Positions 27,351 through 38,273 of a stretch of 64,000 nt of DNA are shown one piece after another (position 1 is the first letter of the stretch; every line of letters begins with the position of its first letter). The DNA is from an uncultured Gammaproteobacteria bacterium. GTDB taxonomy: Bacteria > Patescibacteriota > Patescibacteriia > UBA9934 > GWF2-40-263. Below the pieces are notes generated by a model. The model was given only the letters and a program-made list of their open reading frames with translations, was not told the DNA's origin and searched no databases. The position numbers and the translations under genes were made by a program. The DNA lies in NCBI GenBank assembly GCA_964402425.1, contig CAYOCD010000001.1:4349-68348 (forward strand), given 5' to 3'.

Positions 27351-28607
27351 TTACTCCTGTTGCAACGCCACAATCGGATTGAGCGCTGCAGCACGTTTTG
27401 CGGGATACAATCCAAAGAACACACCGATTGTTGTGGAAAAACCGACACTCAACACAATCGAAAAAAGAGAAATTTCAAATGGCCATGTATATCCAATTTG
27501 CTGCGCAGCAAACGCCACAATAGCAGACACGGAAACACCAATCACAATTCCAAACAATCCTCCAATAAGGGTCATTGTGACGGCCTCAATCAAAAATTGA
27601 TACAAAATATGTTTCTCTGTTGCACCCATTGCTTTGCGCAAACCGATTTCAAACGTTCGTTCTACAACCGAAACATACATCACATTCATAATCCCAACTC
27701 CTCCCACCGCAAGAGAGATGGCCGCAAGTGCCACAAGCAACCACGTAAGCGCATTTAAAATGTTCCCGACAATTGCTTGTGATTCTTGCATGGTCGTCAC
27801 AGAAAAATCATCTTTATTTGGATCTGTGATCTCATGACGTTCACGCACAATCGATCGAATCTCTTCTGCGGTCGATTCTGAGATCGCCGGATTTTTTACT
27901 TGAGCGATAATCCAAGAAACGTGCTGAATTCCCATCAAGCTTGTTTGTACGGTTCTGATTGGCAAATAGACAATCGAATCCATATCAATAAACCCAGCTG
28001 TACCGATTGATTCAAAAATACCGATCACCCGAAACGGCTGTCCATCAATTTTTACAAAATTTCCAACCGCTTCTTGATTTCCAAATATTTGATTTTTTAT
28101 TTCACTTCCAAGCACAAGCACTGAGGCGGCAGACTGATCTTCTTCCTCCGTAAAAAATCTTCCCTCTGCAATTTCATTTGCTGTAATACGTGCATACGAT
28201 GCTGAGACCCCAAAAATCACAGGTCTCTTGTTGACTTCTCGCACAGAAATCACAGCCTGAGTGGCAAGTCCAGAATACGTATCTTCAACGTTTGGCAATT
28301 GTTTCACCCGATCTGCATCTTTGCTGGTAAGCGTTGTAATACTAACACCTTGACCAATACCTCGTGCATTCTCTTGAGACATTTTCCCTGTTTCCGGGAT
28401 CTTGATTTCAATATTGATCCAGTTATTTCCAAAAGAAGAAATTTGACTCATGATCATTCCACGAATTCCCGCACCGGCCGCAAATACAATCACCACCATG
28501 GCGATTCCAACCAAAATACCAAACACCGTTAAACTGGCACGCAGTTTACTTTTGTGAAATGTTTGCAAGGCCAAAATAAATGATCGAACAAAATACTGTT
28601 TATTCAT
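27351..28607 (-). CDS. ABC transporter permease (MacB/FtsX family)
   Basis: RASLTVFGI, GGVGIMNVM..SV.ERT.EIGLRKA.GA and YPA.RAA.L.PI.AL. Confidence 0.93.
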   Translation of the reverse strand: MNKQYFVRSFILALQTFHKSKLRASLTVFGILVGIAMVVIVFAAGAGIRGMIMSQISSFGNNWINIEIKIPETGKMSQENARGIGQGVSITTLTSKDADRVKQLPNVEDTYSGLATQAVISVREVNKRPVIFGVSASYARITANEIAEGRFFTEEEDQSAASVLVLGSEIKNQIFGNQEAVGNFVKIDGQPFRVIGIFESIGTAGFIDMDSIVYLPIRTVQTSLMGIQHVSWIIAQVKNPAISESTAEEIRSIVRERHEITDPNKDDFSVTTMQESQAIVGNILNALTWLLVALAAISLAVGGVGIMNVMYVSVVERTFEIGLRKAMGATEKHILYQFLIEAVTMTLIGGLFGIVIGVSVSAIVAFAAQQIGYTWPFEISLFSIVLSVGFSTTIGVFFGLYPAKRAAALNPIVALQQE

Positions 28608-29829
28608 ATCGGAGCGCTTCCATCGGCGGAAGACGAGAGGCTTTACGTGACGGAATAAGCCCAAAAATAAGTCCGATCAAAATGGTAAGGATGAGTGAAA
28701 GAGCGATCGCAAAAAACGAAAGAGAAAACACAAATTCATTTCCAAGCAATCGAATCACAAGCACAATAAGATACGATAAGAAAATCCCGATCACACACCC
28801 AACAAACCCTCCAGACAATGCAAGAACAACGGTTTCAATTAAAAACTGCCACATAATATCTTCATCACGCGCGCCGACCGCTTTTCTCAGTCCAATCTCA
28901 CGCGTTTTTTCTTTCACGGCAATGAGCATGATATTCATAATACCAACACCCCCCACAAATAAAGCAATGCTCGCGACAAACACCAAAAAAAACTTCAATC
29001 CGTTTGTAACCGTTGTTAAAATACTAAGTAGATCCGCCACTGTACGAACAGAAAAATCTTCGTCATTATGTCTCTCAAGAAGCGTCTGTTTAATTTCTTC
29101 CGCAGACTGATCTACATATAATTCATCATCAACAAGCGCGCGCAAAAAAGAAACATGACGAATTCCTAACAACTCTTTTTGCGCAACAAAAAGCGGAATA
29201 AGAACAGCTTGATCTGGATTTTCAAACCCAGACGAACCTTTTCGTTCTAAGACGCCAACCACATTAAAATTTTTTCCTTTCAATCGAACAATCTCTCCAA
29301 TCGGATCTTGATTTCCAAAGACATCTTCTGCAATTTCAGCCCCCAAAACCATCACGTGATGTGAAGCGGCATTTTCGGATTCTGTAAAAAATCTCCCGTT
29401 TGCCATGGTGACTTTTTCAACGTGCTCATAAGAAGCTGTGGTTCCTGTATACGTCACTTGTCGCTGAACAGACCTCCATTGCAATTGATCGTTTCCGGAA
29501 ACATATCCGGCAAAATCCATCACATGTGCAACATGCTTTTTATCCAGTAATGCTTCCCCATCTTCATAGGTAAGCGTGGTGGTAATAATACCAAGAGCTT
29601 GTGCCGGAGGACCTTCCGCATCTGACGCTCCCGAAAGCACAGCAATCATGTTTGTTCCACGTTGTTTGAGCTGTCCCAAAATAAGTTCTTGCGCTCCCGC
29701 ACCGATCGTCATTACCATGATGACCGCAGCGATCCCAATCACAATACCGAGCGTTGTTAAAAACGAACGCCGCTTGTTCAAACGTAAATTTTTCAGGGCA
29801 AGTCGAATTGCCACCAAAAATGCGCGCAT
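28600..29829 (-). CDS. ABC transporter permease (MacB/FtsX family)
   Basis: RSFLTTLGIVIG, GGVGIMNIM, EIGLRKAVGA and PMEALRYE. Confidence 0.93.
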   Translation of the reverse strand: MRAFLVAIRLALKNLRLNKRRSFLTTLGIVIGIAAVIMVMTIGAGAQELILGQLKQRGTNMIAVLSGASDAEGPPAQALGIITTTLTYEDGEALLDKKHVAHVMDFAGYVSGNDQLQWRSVQRQVTYTGTTASYEHVEKVTMANGRFFTESENAASHHVMVLGAEIAEDVFGNQDPIGEIVRLKGKNFNVVGVLERKGSSGFENPDQAVLIPLFVAQKELLGIRHVSFLRALVDDELYVDQSAEEIKQTLLERHNDEDFSVRTVADLLSILTTVTNGLKFFLVFVASIALFVGGVGIMNIMLIAVKEKTREIGLRKAVGARDEDIMWQFLIETVVLALSGGFVGCVIGIFLSYLIVLVIRLLGNEFVFSLSFFAIALSLILTILIGLIFGLIPSRKASRLPPMEALRYE

Positions 29830-29831
29830 AC

Positions 29832-30548
29832 TTATTTTTTTAATTCCCCATCTGCGGCATATCTTCGCACAGCAACAGGTTTATCTGATTCGATCTTTCC
29901 ATCACGAATACGAACAATCCGTTTTGCATGATCTGCCGTATCTTGCTCATGTGTCACCATCACAATCGTGCGACCTGCTTCATTCATGGATTGCAAAATG
30001 GCGAGAACTTGATTTCCGGATTTCGAATCCAAATTTCCCGTTGGCTCATCCGCAAAGATGATATCCGGATCGTTCACAATCGCGCGTGCAATCGCCACAC
30101 GTTGTTTTTCTCCTCCGGACAATTGGTTTGATAAATTTTGCTTACGGTGTATAAGCCCAACAGATTCAATGGCGCGATCCACAGCCTGTTCATCGACTCC
30201 TTCTTTTGCATAAAACAACGGCAACATAACATTTTCTTTCACGCTTGTTCGTGGCAAAAGATAAAATGACTGAAACACAAATCCCACACGTTCATTACGC
30301 ATGATGGCAAGAACGTCCTGAGATAATCCAGACACATCTTCTCCCTGGAATAAATATGTTCCGGATGTTGGTGTATCAAGGAAACTTAATAAATGCATGA
30401 GGGTGGATTTTCCAGAACCGGATGGACCCATAATGGCAACAAAATCTCCTGGAAAAATTTTTAAATCAATCCCATGCAGAACATGTGTCACAACATCCCC
30501 ATTCGCATATTCTTTTGTAATGCCATTAATTTCAATAAGTGGGCGCAT
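29832..30548 (-). CDS. ABC transporter ATP-binding protein (MacB/LolD-like)
   Basis: [25 protein letters not shown] and VTHE. Confidence 0.96.
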   Translation of the reverse strand: MRPLIEINGITKEYANGDVVTHVLHGIDLKIFPGDFVAIMGPSGSGKSTLMHLLSFLDTPTSGTYLFQGEDVSGLSQDVLAIMRNERVGFVFQSFYLLPRTSVKENVMLPLFYAKEGVDEQAVDRAIESVGLIHRKQNLSNQLSGGEKQRVAIARAIVNDPDIIFADEPTGNLDSKSGNQVLAILQSMNEAGRTIVMVTHEQDTADHAKRIVRIRDGKIESDKPVAVRRYAADGELKK

Positions 30549-30593
30549 AAAACAAATCGTCGGGAAGAGACACGTCTCTTCCCGATGACAACA

Positions 30594-32396
30594 TTACTTA
30601 ACATTTTCTTTGATAAAAGTGATGACGATTTCTCCTTCTTTTAATCCAGAGAGAATTTCGATCTCCCCATCACTATTGCGAAGGCCTGTTTGAACAGGAC
30701 GTTTTTCAAAGGCAGCCGTTTTTGCATTTTTGAGGACGCGTACATAAGACGCATTCTTTTCCATCAACACAGCACGACTTGGAATTTTCAAAACATTTTC
30801 TTTTTTGGCTGTTTCAATAACCGTATTGGCTGTCATTCCAGGTTTAATTTCTAATACCTCACCTGAGGATGCCTCTTGTGGATTCATGCTGATCGTTGCC
30901 TTGTAATAAACCACCCCGGAAACTAATGTTTGTGCCGGATCCACAGACATGATCGTTCCTGAAAAAATACGCTGTTCGCCAAATGCATCAAATGTAAGAG
31001 AAACAGAATTTCCCACCGTTATTTTTGCCACATCTGATTCTGAGATATCGACTTCAATTTTTTGTTCCGCCGAAATAATCGCAACGGCCGGTGTATTCAT
31101 TGCCACATTTTCCCCGACGGAAACATCGATCTTGGAGACGACTCCGCTTGCACGTGCACGTAAAATCGTTTTTTCTAAATCATCCTGTGCCGCCTGAACA
31201 CCGGCTTGTGTGCGTTCGACTTCCGCTTGAAGTGATGCAACATCCACCTGACGCGGAGGAGCAAGAACCGCATCATATGATGCTCGCGCTTGCGCAACAC
31301 GTGCATCCGCAATCACGCGATCAACATCACGTTGTTTCAAGGCTGTTTCATAATCTTGCCCCGCTTTTTGCGCAGCAATTTCATAAGAAGACAAAGAGTT
31401 GCGAGACGTTGTCACGCTATGCGCTGCATTCGTGAGAGCTGTCACAGAACTTGAAATGCTTGTTTGTTGTGCGGAGATAGAAGCCTTCAGCACATCCAAA
31501 TTTGTTTGTGTCATGCCCCCAAGAGGGAGTGTGGCACCAAGCAACACGGATGTATCGACCAAATTTTCACGCACGGCAGACAAAGAACTTTGGACGGAGA
31601 CAACTGCCGCATCAATTGCTATATGCGAACCCGTAGACACAAGCGGATCAATGAGCTTGCGCGTGCTTTGTAAAGCTGATTTCGCAACACCATACGACTG
31701 AAGAGCTCGACCAATGGTTGGTGAGTCCATGATACCCAAATCTTTTTCAAAAGCTTGATTTGCGTAAGTATTATCTACCCCTAAAACACTATCACTTGCC
31801 TGAAGGGCCACCACCATGTTTGCAACGGAATTTTTCAATGTATTAAACAATGTTTCATACGCATCCTGAACGATTTTACTGCTATCACCTCCAGACGCGA
31901 GCTGTAGATTATTTTTTGCCGTTTCAAGTGCCTTCAGTGCCGTATCAACAGATGACTGCGACGTAACATACGTTTTATCACGCTCTGCCTGCACTTGTTG
32001 TAATGAAGCAAATAATTTTTGTTTATCTTCAGAACTCACACCCGCAATCTTCAGATTCAACTGTGCCTGCGCGGATGCAAGTGACGCTTGTGCTTGGCGC
32101 AAACGTACTTGCTGTTGCGTGTTTTCCATGCGCGCAATCACGGTTTCTTTTTCGACTGTATCTCCAACTTTTTTCTCAATGGCAACGACCCGACCGGATG
32201 TATCCCAGCCGTACGCAATATCCAAACGAGATACCACAACCCCCGTCTCACTCACATCTTGAATCAAAACGCCCTTTTCCACATTTGCCGTGGAATACTC
32301 AGGTGGTTTTTGACCACGAAACACAAAAAAGGCAATAGCAGCAACTACCAAGACCACAAGAACCCAAACCCAAGGCTTACGTAAAAATCGGCGCAT
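30594..32396 (-). CDS. Efflux periplasmic adaptor (MacA-like) with a long coiled-coil insert
   Basis: N-terminal TM, lipoyl-like halves, ISESDV, IKPGMTA and GL..GE. Confidence 0.9.
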   Translation of the reverse strand: MRRFLRKPWVWVLVVLVVAAIAFFVFRGQKPPEYSTANVEKGVLIQDVSETGVVVSRLDIAYGWDTSGRVVAIEKKVGDTVEKETVIARMENTQQQVRLRQAQASLASAQAQLNLKIAGVSSEDKQKLFASLQQVQAERDKTYVTSQSSVDTALKALETAKNNLQLASGGDSSKIVQDAYETLFNTLKNSVANMVVALQASDSVLGVDNTYANQAFEKDLGIMDSPTIGRALQSYGVAKSALQSTRKLIDPLVSTGSHIAIDAAVVSVQSSLSAVRENLVDTSVLLGATLPLGGMTQTNLDVLKASISAQQTSISSSVTALTNAAHSVTTSRNSLSSYEIAAQKAGQDYETALKQRDVDRVIADARVAQARASYDAVLAPPRQVDVASLQAEVERTQAGVQAAQDDLEKTILRARASGVVSKIDVSVGENVAMNTPAVAIISAEQKIEVDISESDVAKITVGNSVSLTFDAFGEQRIFSGTIMSVDPAQTLVSGVVYYKATISMNPQEASSGEVLEIKPGMTANTVIETAKKENVLKIPSRAVLMEKNASYVRVLKNAKTAAFEKRPVQTGLRNSDGEIEILSGLKEGEIVITFIKENVK

Positions 32397-32472
32397 AAAA
32401 AGATACTTTGAAAACAAACTTATAAAAAGAGATTATCAAAAAATGTGCAAAAAAGCAAGGTGTTCTCAAAAA

Positions 32473-32500
32473 AAACAGAGACCCAAGGGGGTCTCTGTTT
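32473..32500 (-). terminator. nrdJ terminator
   Basis: AAACAGAGACCC-AAGG-GGGTCTCTGTTT with a T tract on the minus strand. Confidence 0.75.
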
Positions 32501-32507
32501 ATGAACA

Positions 32508-35500
32508 TCAGGAGCATCCAGATGTTGCTCCACAGTTCAAACACTTGTAACACGCCGCATTGCGCACCATCATAGATCCACAGGAATCACATGCGGGAGC
32601 ATCTGACTGATTATCAAATGTTGCTGTCAATGATCTGTTTGTTGCAATTTTTGCTTCAAAAAGTTTTGGTTGTGCCTCCAAAACCTCCGCTGCCTTTGTC
32701 GCTTCTGCCGCTTCTGTCGCTTTTGTCGCTTCTTCCATCACATTCGTTGCTTCAGACAAGCTTTCTTCTCCCACCTGAATACCAAGCGCGATTTGCGATT
32801 CACGTGGCAAGAACTTAAGCGCAAGCCAGCGGAACATATAATCCGTGATGGATTTTGCAATACGAATTTGAGGATTGGATGTGTATCCGGATGGTTCAAA
32901 TCGCATGTGAACAAATTTGTTCACAAGAACCTCAAGCGGCACTCCATATTGGAGACCGATCGAAATAGATGTTGCGAATGAATCCATGAGTCCACTAATA
33001 ACACTTCCCTCTTTTGACATGGTGATAAACACTTCGCCCGGCGTTCCATCATCATACAATCCAACCGTAATAAATCCCTGATGATTGCCGATCTGGAACT
33101 TGTGCGTAATCGCACGACGTTCATCCGGCATGCGTCGACGACGCATTTTGCGATCATCCGCAGAGATGGTCACAGTAGGAACGGAAGCGGAAACCGCAGG
33201 CACGACAAGTGGGGTTTCTTTTTTTGTTTCCAATCCCTTTCCGCCCTCTCCGCCATTTCCGCCGTTTTCATTTTGTTTCTTTGCATCTGACTCTTTGGAT
33301 GTTGTAAGCGCTTGTTGACGCTTTGACCCATCACGATAAATCGCAATCGCTTTCAGTCCAAGCTTCCAACCAGTCATGTACACTTCCGCAATATCTTCAA
33401 CCGTTGCCTCATGTGGCATGTTGACCGTTTTTGAAATTGCTCCGGAAATGAACGGTTGAACCGCTGCCATCATGCGAATGTGGCCCAAGTAATGAATGGT
33501 GCGTGTTCCCTTTGCTGCTTTAAATGCACAATCAAAGACAGATAAGTGTGCGTCTTTAAGATGTGGTGCACCTTCAATCGTGTCATGTTCTTCAATGAAC
33601 GCGAGAATATCTTTACGTTCTGCTTCCGAATATCCAAGACGCATGAGAGCTTCTGGAACGGTGTTATTTACGATCTTCAACATTCCCCCACCGACCAACC
33701 ATTTGTATTTTACGAGAGCGATGTCTGGCTCAACCCCTGTTGTGTCACAGTCCATGAGAAACGAAATTGTTCCGGTTGGAGCGAGTACAGAAATTTGTGC
33801 GTTGCGAAGTCCGAATTGACTTCCGTGATCCACAACATGATCCCATGCTTTTCGTGATTCTGATAAAAGATCTGTTGGAACCCCATGACCATCGAGCTTG
33901 TAAGACGCATCGCGGTGCATGCGCATGACTTCCATACAAGGTTCTGCATTGCGAGCATACCCCGCAAACGCTCCGATCTTTTCAGCGATCTTTGACGATT
34001 GATAATAACAGTGACCGCTTTGAAGGGATGTAATAGCTCCCGCAAGGTTTCTTCCTTCTTCAGAATCATAGGCAAGTCCGCGACTCATAAGGAGCGCTCC
34101 CAAGTTTGCATACCCAATTCCGAGTGGGCGGTAATCAAAACTGTTTTGTTCAATCGCGGGGGTTGGGTAAGAAGAATTTCCAACAACGATTTCCATGGCG
34201 GTGATAATGATCTCGTTTGCTTTTTTAAACGCCGCAACATCGAAAACCATTTCTCCATTCACCTCTTTACGAAAACGCATGAGATTCAATGATGCAAGAT
34301 TACACGCACTGTCATCCAAGAACATGTATTCTGAACAAGGATTGGATGCGTAAATGCGATCCGTATTCTTGCTCGTGTGCCATGTGTTAATGGTTGTGTC
34401 GTACTGCATTCCAGGATCTCCACATTGCCATGCCGCGTCTGCAATCTTATGCATCAAATCTTTTGCACGGAATGTCAGTGATGGTTTTCCACTTACGACT
34501 TCATGTGTCACCCATTCACCATCTGCCTCAACCGCTTTCATGAAATCATCTGTTACACGAACAGAATTGTTTGCATTTTGAAAAAAGACTGATGCATAGG
34601 CTTCCCCGTCCATAGAACCATCATATCCCGCATCCATGAGCGTCCAAGCTTTTTTCTCTTCATTTACTTTACACGTGATGAATTCTTCAATATCTGGATG
34701 TCCAATATCAAGCACAACCATTTTTGCAGCACGACGTGTTTTTCCACCACTCTTAATAACCCCCGCAAATGCGTCCAATCCTTTCATAAAGGAGATTGGA
34801 CCAGAGGCTTTTCCGTTACTTCCACCCAAATATTCCTGCTTTGAACGAAGCTTGGACATGTTCATGCCGGCACCGGATCCATTTTTGAACAACATTCCTT
34901 CTGTGACACACAAATTCAAAATAGAACGCATGTCATCTTGCACAGAGTTGATAAAACATGCGGAACACTGTTGTGGGCGTGGTGTTCCAACATTGAACCA
35001 CACAGGTGAGTTGAATGCTGCCATTTGGTTTACCAAGATGTAATGCAATTCATCTTCAAAGTGCTGTGCGTCTTCTTTGGTTTGAAAATAGCCATCTTTA
35101 CGTCCCCAATTGGAAATTGTTTTTGCAACACGTCCAATGAGTTGTTTGACCGAAAATTCACGATCATCTTTTCCGAGCGTTCCGTAAAAATATTTTGAGA
35201 CAACGATGTTTGTTGCGGTTTGCGTATAAAATTCTGGAACCTCAACCCCTTTTTGCTCAAACACAATCGCTCCTTTTGCGTTTGTGATAACTGCGTCTCG
35301 CTTCTCCCAACGAATTTCATCATACGGATGAATGCCTTCTTTTGAAAAATAACGACCAACCTCAATCCCGTGTCCGTATTTTTCTGTGAGCGTTGACGCA
35401 ACCGCTTTGGTACGAAATTCAGAATATCGTTTTGCAATATGCGGAAGATTGTTGTCGATACATGTTACAACAACAACTTCACGAATATCTGATGCAGACG

Positions 35501-35759
35501 GAATAGAATGACCATCAAATTGTTTGGTCAAACGTGACATCACTTGAGAAGTCACCTTATTAATCAGCTGTGGATTTTGCATGCCGGACGCCTCAAACAC
35601 CGCCCGAATAGAGGATGTTAATTTTTGCACCTGAAACTCTTCTTCTTTTCCATCGCGTTTTAAAACGGATTTAACAGATGTCATAAATTCCCAAACAGCA
35701 TCTGAAATAGCAGATGTGTTTACGGGTGAAACCGAGGTCTTGGAAAGGGATTCAGACAT
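32508..35759 (-). CDS. nrdJ: Adenosylcobalamin-dependent (class II) ribonucleotide reductase with ATP cone, TSCPD domain and Zn ribbon
   Basis: VLKRDG ATP cone, FNSPVWFN, QCSACFI, ASNPCSEY, APTGTIS, YRDGSK and terminal CxxC...CLNCGATSGCS. Confidence 0.96.
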   Translation of the reverse strand: MSESLSKTSVSPVNTSAISDAVWEFMTSVKSVLKRDGKEEEFQVQKLTSSIRAVFEASGMQNPQLINKVTSQVMSRLTKQFDGHSIPSASDIREVVVVTCIDNNLPHIAKRYSEFRTKAVASTLTEKYGHGIEVGRYFSKEGIHPYDEIRWEKRDAVITNAKGAIVFEQKGVEVPEFYTQTATNIVVSKYFYGTLGKDDREFSVKQLIGRVAKTISNWGRKDGYFQTKEDAQHFEDELHYILVNQMAAFNSPVWFNVGTPRPQQCSACFINSVQDDMRSILNLCVTEGMLFKNGSGAGMNMSKLRSKQEYLGGSNGKASGPISFMKGLDAFAGVIKSGGKTRRAAKMVVLDIGHPDIEEFITCKVNEEKKAWTLMDAGYDGSMDGEAYASVFFQNANNSVRVTDDFMKAVEADGEWVTHEVVSGKPSLTFRAKDLMHKIADAAWQCGDPGMQYDTTINTWHTSKNTDRIYASNPCSEYMFLDDSACNLASLNLMRFRKEVNGEMVFDVAAFKKANEIIITAMEIVVGNSSYPTPAIEQNSFDYRPLGIGYANLGALLMSRGLAYDSEEGRNLAGAITSLQSGHCYYQSSKIAEKIGAFAGYARNAEPCMEVMRMHRDASYKLDGHGVPTDLLSESRKAWDHVVDHGSQFGLRNAQISVLAPTGTISFLMDCDTTGVEPDIALVKYKWLVGGGMLKIVNNTVPEALMRLGYSEAERKDILAFIEEHDTIEGAPHLKDAHLSVFDCAFKAAKGTRTIHYLGHIRMMAAVQPFISGAISKTVNMPHEATVEDIAEVYMTGWKLGLKAIAIYRDGSKRQQALTTSKESDAKKQNENGGNGGEGGKGLETKKETPLVVPAVSASVPTVTISADDRKMRRRRMPDERRAITHKFQIGNHQGFITVGLYDDGTPGEVFITMSKEGSVISGLMDSFATSISIGLQYGVPLEVLVNKFVHMRFEPSGYTSNPQIRIAKSITDYMFRWLALKFLPRESQIALGIQVGEESLSEATNVMEEATKATEAAEATKAAEVLEAQPKLFEAKIATNRSLTATFDNQSDAPACDSCGSMMVRNAACYKCLNCGATSGCS

Positions 35760-35944
35760 AGGGCGAGTATGCTCGAAAAAAATTCGAAAGGTGAAATGAA
35801 TAAAAGGACAAAGGAAGAAAGGGGAAGAATGATATTTTGAAAAAATTTTCCAATAAAAAACGATCCGAAGACACATGTCTCATGGATCATCTTGTTTTGA
35901 CCATACGTTCGTGATTCGAGTCATTCTCCATCCCCACGACCGCA

Positions 35945-35998
35945 ACACTATATGTTGTGGTATGAATCTATTTTAGTCCACAACATATTGCGTTGCAA
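35945..35998 (-). promoter_or_regulatory. nrdJ promoter with two NrdR boxes
   Basis: ACACTATATGTTGTGG (35945-60) and CCACAACATATTGCGT (35978-93) match the NrdR consensus; TTGCAA-17-TAAAAT overlaps the second box. Confidence 0.85.
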
Positions 35999-36025
35999 GG
36001 GTTCTAGATTGCATACTTTTTTGAC

Positions 36026-36034
36026 TTATCCACA
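36026..36034. promoter_or_regulatory. Perfect DnaA box upstream of nrdJ
   Basis: TTATCCACA. Confidence 0.6.
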
Positions 36035-36100
36035 CAAACACTCATTTGTCTTTTTCTTCACAAAACCTTTATCGCATTTTTTACCTGCATCGCCTTCATT

Positions 36101-36679
36101 TTAAAATCCCATCGTGAGATTAATCGCTACTTTCTCTTGAACACTTGGAACAAAATTAACAGGAATGGCTTTTCGTCCACCAAGACGATCTTCATAGGCG
36201 AGTGCATTGTATTTCAGGCCATACTCGTACACGTCTTTTGTTACTTTTACATCCTGTAAACAGTAGTCTTTGATTTTTTGAATCTCGCCTTGCTTCCACC
36301 ACTCAACAGCCTGAAGTCCGTGTCCTGATTTGCGTGTTCCAACCGTTGCAGCCGCAACATCATCGAGCTTTAAACGAAATCCGAGTGACTTGTGGATCTC
36401 TGCCAGAATATCAAGCCCAGGAAATGTTAAAAAATTTCCCCCATAGTAATTATTCATGACCGGCAAATCAAATCCAACCGTATTATATCCAATAATTCGA
36501 TCAGCGTGTTCAAGGCGCGGCCAAAGCTTTGCGAGCTCATGCTCTTCAAACGCCTCATACGTATCTGTTTCGTAAAAATAACACCCAATAACCGAAATCT
36601 TCAGTTTTGAGTGGTCATATCCCCCAACATCCTGAAAGGTGTTCTGGGTTTCAATATCAAGGACAACTTCTTTGTTCAT
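36101..36679 (-). CDS. RNase H-like / DEDD 3'-5' exonuclease
   Basis: VLDIETQ, IGYNTVGFDLP and YCLQDV. Confidence 0.88.
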   Translation of the reverse strand: MNKEVVLDIETQNTFQDVGGYDHSKLKISVIGCYFYETDTYEAFEEHELAKLWPRLEHADRIIGYNTVGFDLPVMNNYYGGNFLTFPGLDILAEIHKSLGFRLKLDDVAAATVGTRKSGHGLQAVEWWKQGEIQKIKDYCLQDVKVTKDVYEYGLKYNALAYEDRLGGRKAIPVNFVPSVQEKVAINLTMGF

Positions 36680-36755
36680 AGCGGGAAGATTGTACTATAA
36701 AATTCTGTGTGCGTACAAGGAATTGTTTTCCTCTCTTAAACGGAAGAAAAATCAC

Positions 36756-38228
36756 TCACCAAAGAAATTTCCAAACCTCTTTTGGATAACAGACAAGATA
36801 AAGATGAAATTGTTTTTTGAAAAGAGAATACCCTTTCCATGCGTGTGGATTTCCTTTTTTCCAGACCAATCCAAAATTGAAATAGCGCATCCCATCTTGA
36901 ATTCCTTGCTCGTACCAATGATGAATCAACCCAACTCCGATGGAGGTTTGCCGAACATGATCGTGTATAAATGAAACCGTATGAATAGACTGACGAATGT
37001 CGGGATATTGAACAACCGCAAGACCCGCAACGATCTGTCGCGTCTGTTTTTCACAGACTCCATACAGGCGTAAATTTTGTGGATGACGCGTGTGTCGAAA
37101 TGTTAAAACACGAATAAACCCCGTTCGTGTAAGCCAGTCGATTTTTTTTGATGCATGAAACGCCCGTGAAAACTCTTCAAGAGTTACCGTTCTTATTTCA
37201 AAACGATCCTCTTTCAACCACTTCTCCCGGTGCCGTCTTGCATGGGAAGACCATTCCTTCCAGTATGTTTCCCTGTTTTCATCGGTGATCACACCGATCC
37301 CTCGTTGGTCGTGTGTGTCGTCAAACCAATTCGTCATCCAACCTTGCTTCTTTTGTATCTGTTCAATCGGTTTCCAAAAAATCAAACGAGGACGCGGGGG
37401 TGTATTCCATTTCGGCTCGTTTGCCGAACAATAGGAATCAACACAAAACCACCCTTGTTTTGAACGCACTCCAAGACACTCACCTTCTCCAATACATTCT
37501 TTTTCTTTCTCATCCCGGATCTCAACATCAAGAAACATCCGCGACTGTTGTCTATCCACAAATCCAACCGGAACAGGGTCTCCAATCTTTCCCTGTCCAA
37601 AATGGCGATAAATCGCCATTGCATTTGAGGCATAGCGCACATCATTCCATCGGGAAAAGAATGTATCAAACAGTGGAGAAATCGCTTTTTTTTGTTTATA
37701 AAAATTCACCGCAAGATATCCATCCTCCTTCAATCTCGATACAAGTTGTTTCACAAACAGATCCGTTTCAAGAAGCGGAGAAACGGAACTCCCAACAAAT
37801 AAATCCACAAAAATGACATCGTATTTTCTTGTCGATGCTGCCAGCAATTCTCTTGCGTCGCCAACCAAAATTTCAACAGATGTTAAATCTCGTGCATGCA
37901 AATAAATTGTTCGCGCAATTTCAACCATCACCGGATCGTATTCCATCGCCACAATCCGAGCCTTGGGAAATCGTTTTTTAATCTCACGAACAGCTCCCCC
38001 TCCCCCAAGTCCAAGCAACAAAATATCCTTTGGCGCATGCACCAAAGGAATGTACCGTAAAAGTTTCCGAAATAATCGATCAATATACGGACCTGATTGA
38101 AAACAGTTCCCGACAACCAATTCAACAGACCCAAAAAAACGACTTACAAAAATAACGCCGTTTTTTTCAGAAGAAAACGACGTTTTAACACAGAATCTCT
38201 GTCCTATTTTTTTGAGCACTTCCATCAT
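36756..38228 (-). CDS. Spermidine-synthase-like methyltransferase fused to a GNAT/FemAB-like domain
   Basis: LLLGLGGGG, EYDPVMV, GDA, YDVIFVDLF; C-terminal FNFG...W.GYS.FKKQF. Confidence 0.75.
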   Translation of the reverse strand: MMEVLKKIGQRFCVKTSFSSEKNGVIFVSRFFGSVELVVGNCFQSGPYIDRLFRKLLRYIPLVHAPKDILLLGLGGGGAVREIKKRFPKARIVAMEYDPVMVEIARTIYLHARDLTSVEILVGDARELLAASTRKYDVIFVDLFVGSSVSPLLETDLFVKQLVSRLKEDGYLAVNFYKQKKAISPLFDTFFSRWNDVRYASNAMAIYRHFGQGKIGDPVPVGFVDRQQSRMFLDVEIRDEKEKECIGEGECLGVRSKQGWFCVDSYCSANEPKWNTPPRPRLIFWKPIEQIQKKQGWMTNWFDDTHDQRGIGVITDENRETYWKEWSSHARRHREKWLKEDRFEIRTVTLEEFSRAFHASKKIDWLTRTGFIRVLTFRHTRHPQNLRLYGVCEKQTRQIVAGLAVVQYPDIRQSIHTVSFIHDHVRQTSIGVGLIHHWYEQGIQDGMRYFNFGLVWKKGNPHAWKGYSLFKKQFHLYLVCYPKEVWKFLW

Positions 38229-38273
38229 AATTCCACACCCCTATACCGACCAAATTAAACATTTCCCAAGCCT

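Noticed and set aside
32508-35759. Intein or intron in nrdJ
   Set aside because: The ORF is continuous with no C/S...HN splice motifs; the extra length is explained by the ATP cone, TSCPD domain and repeat-derived linkers.
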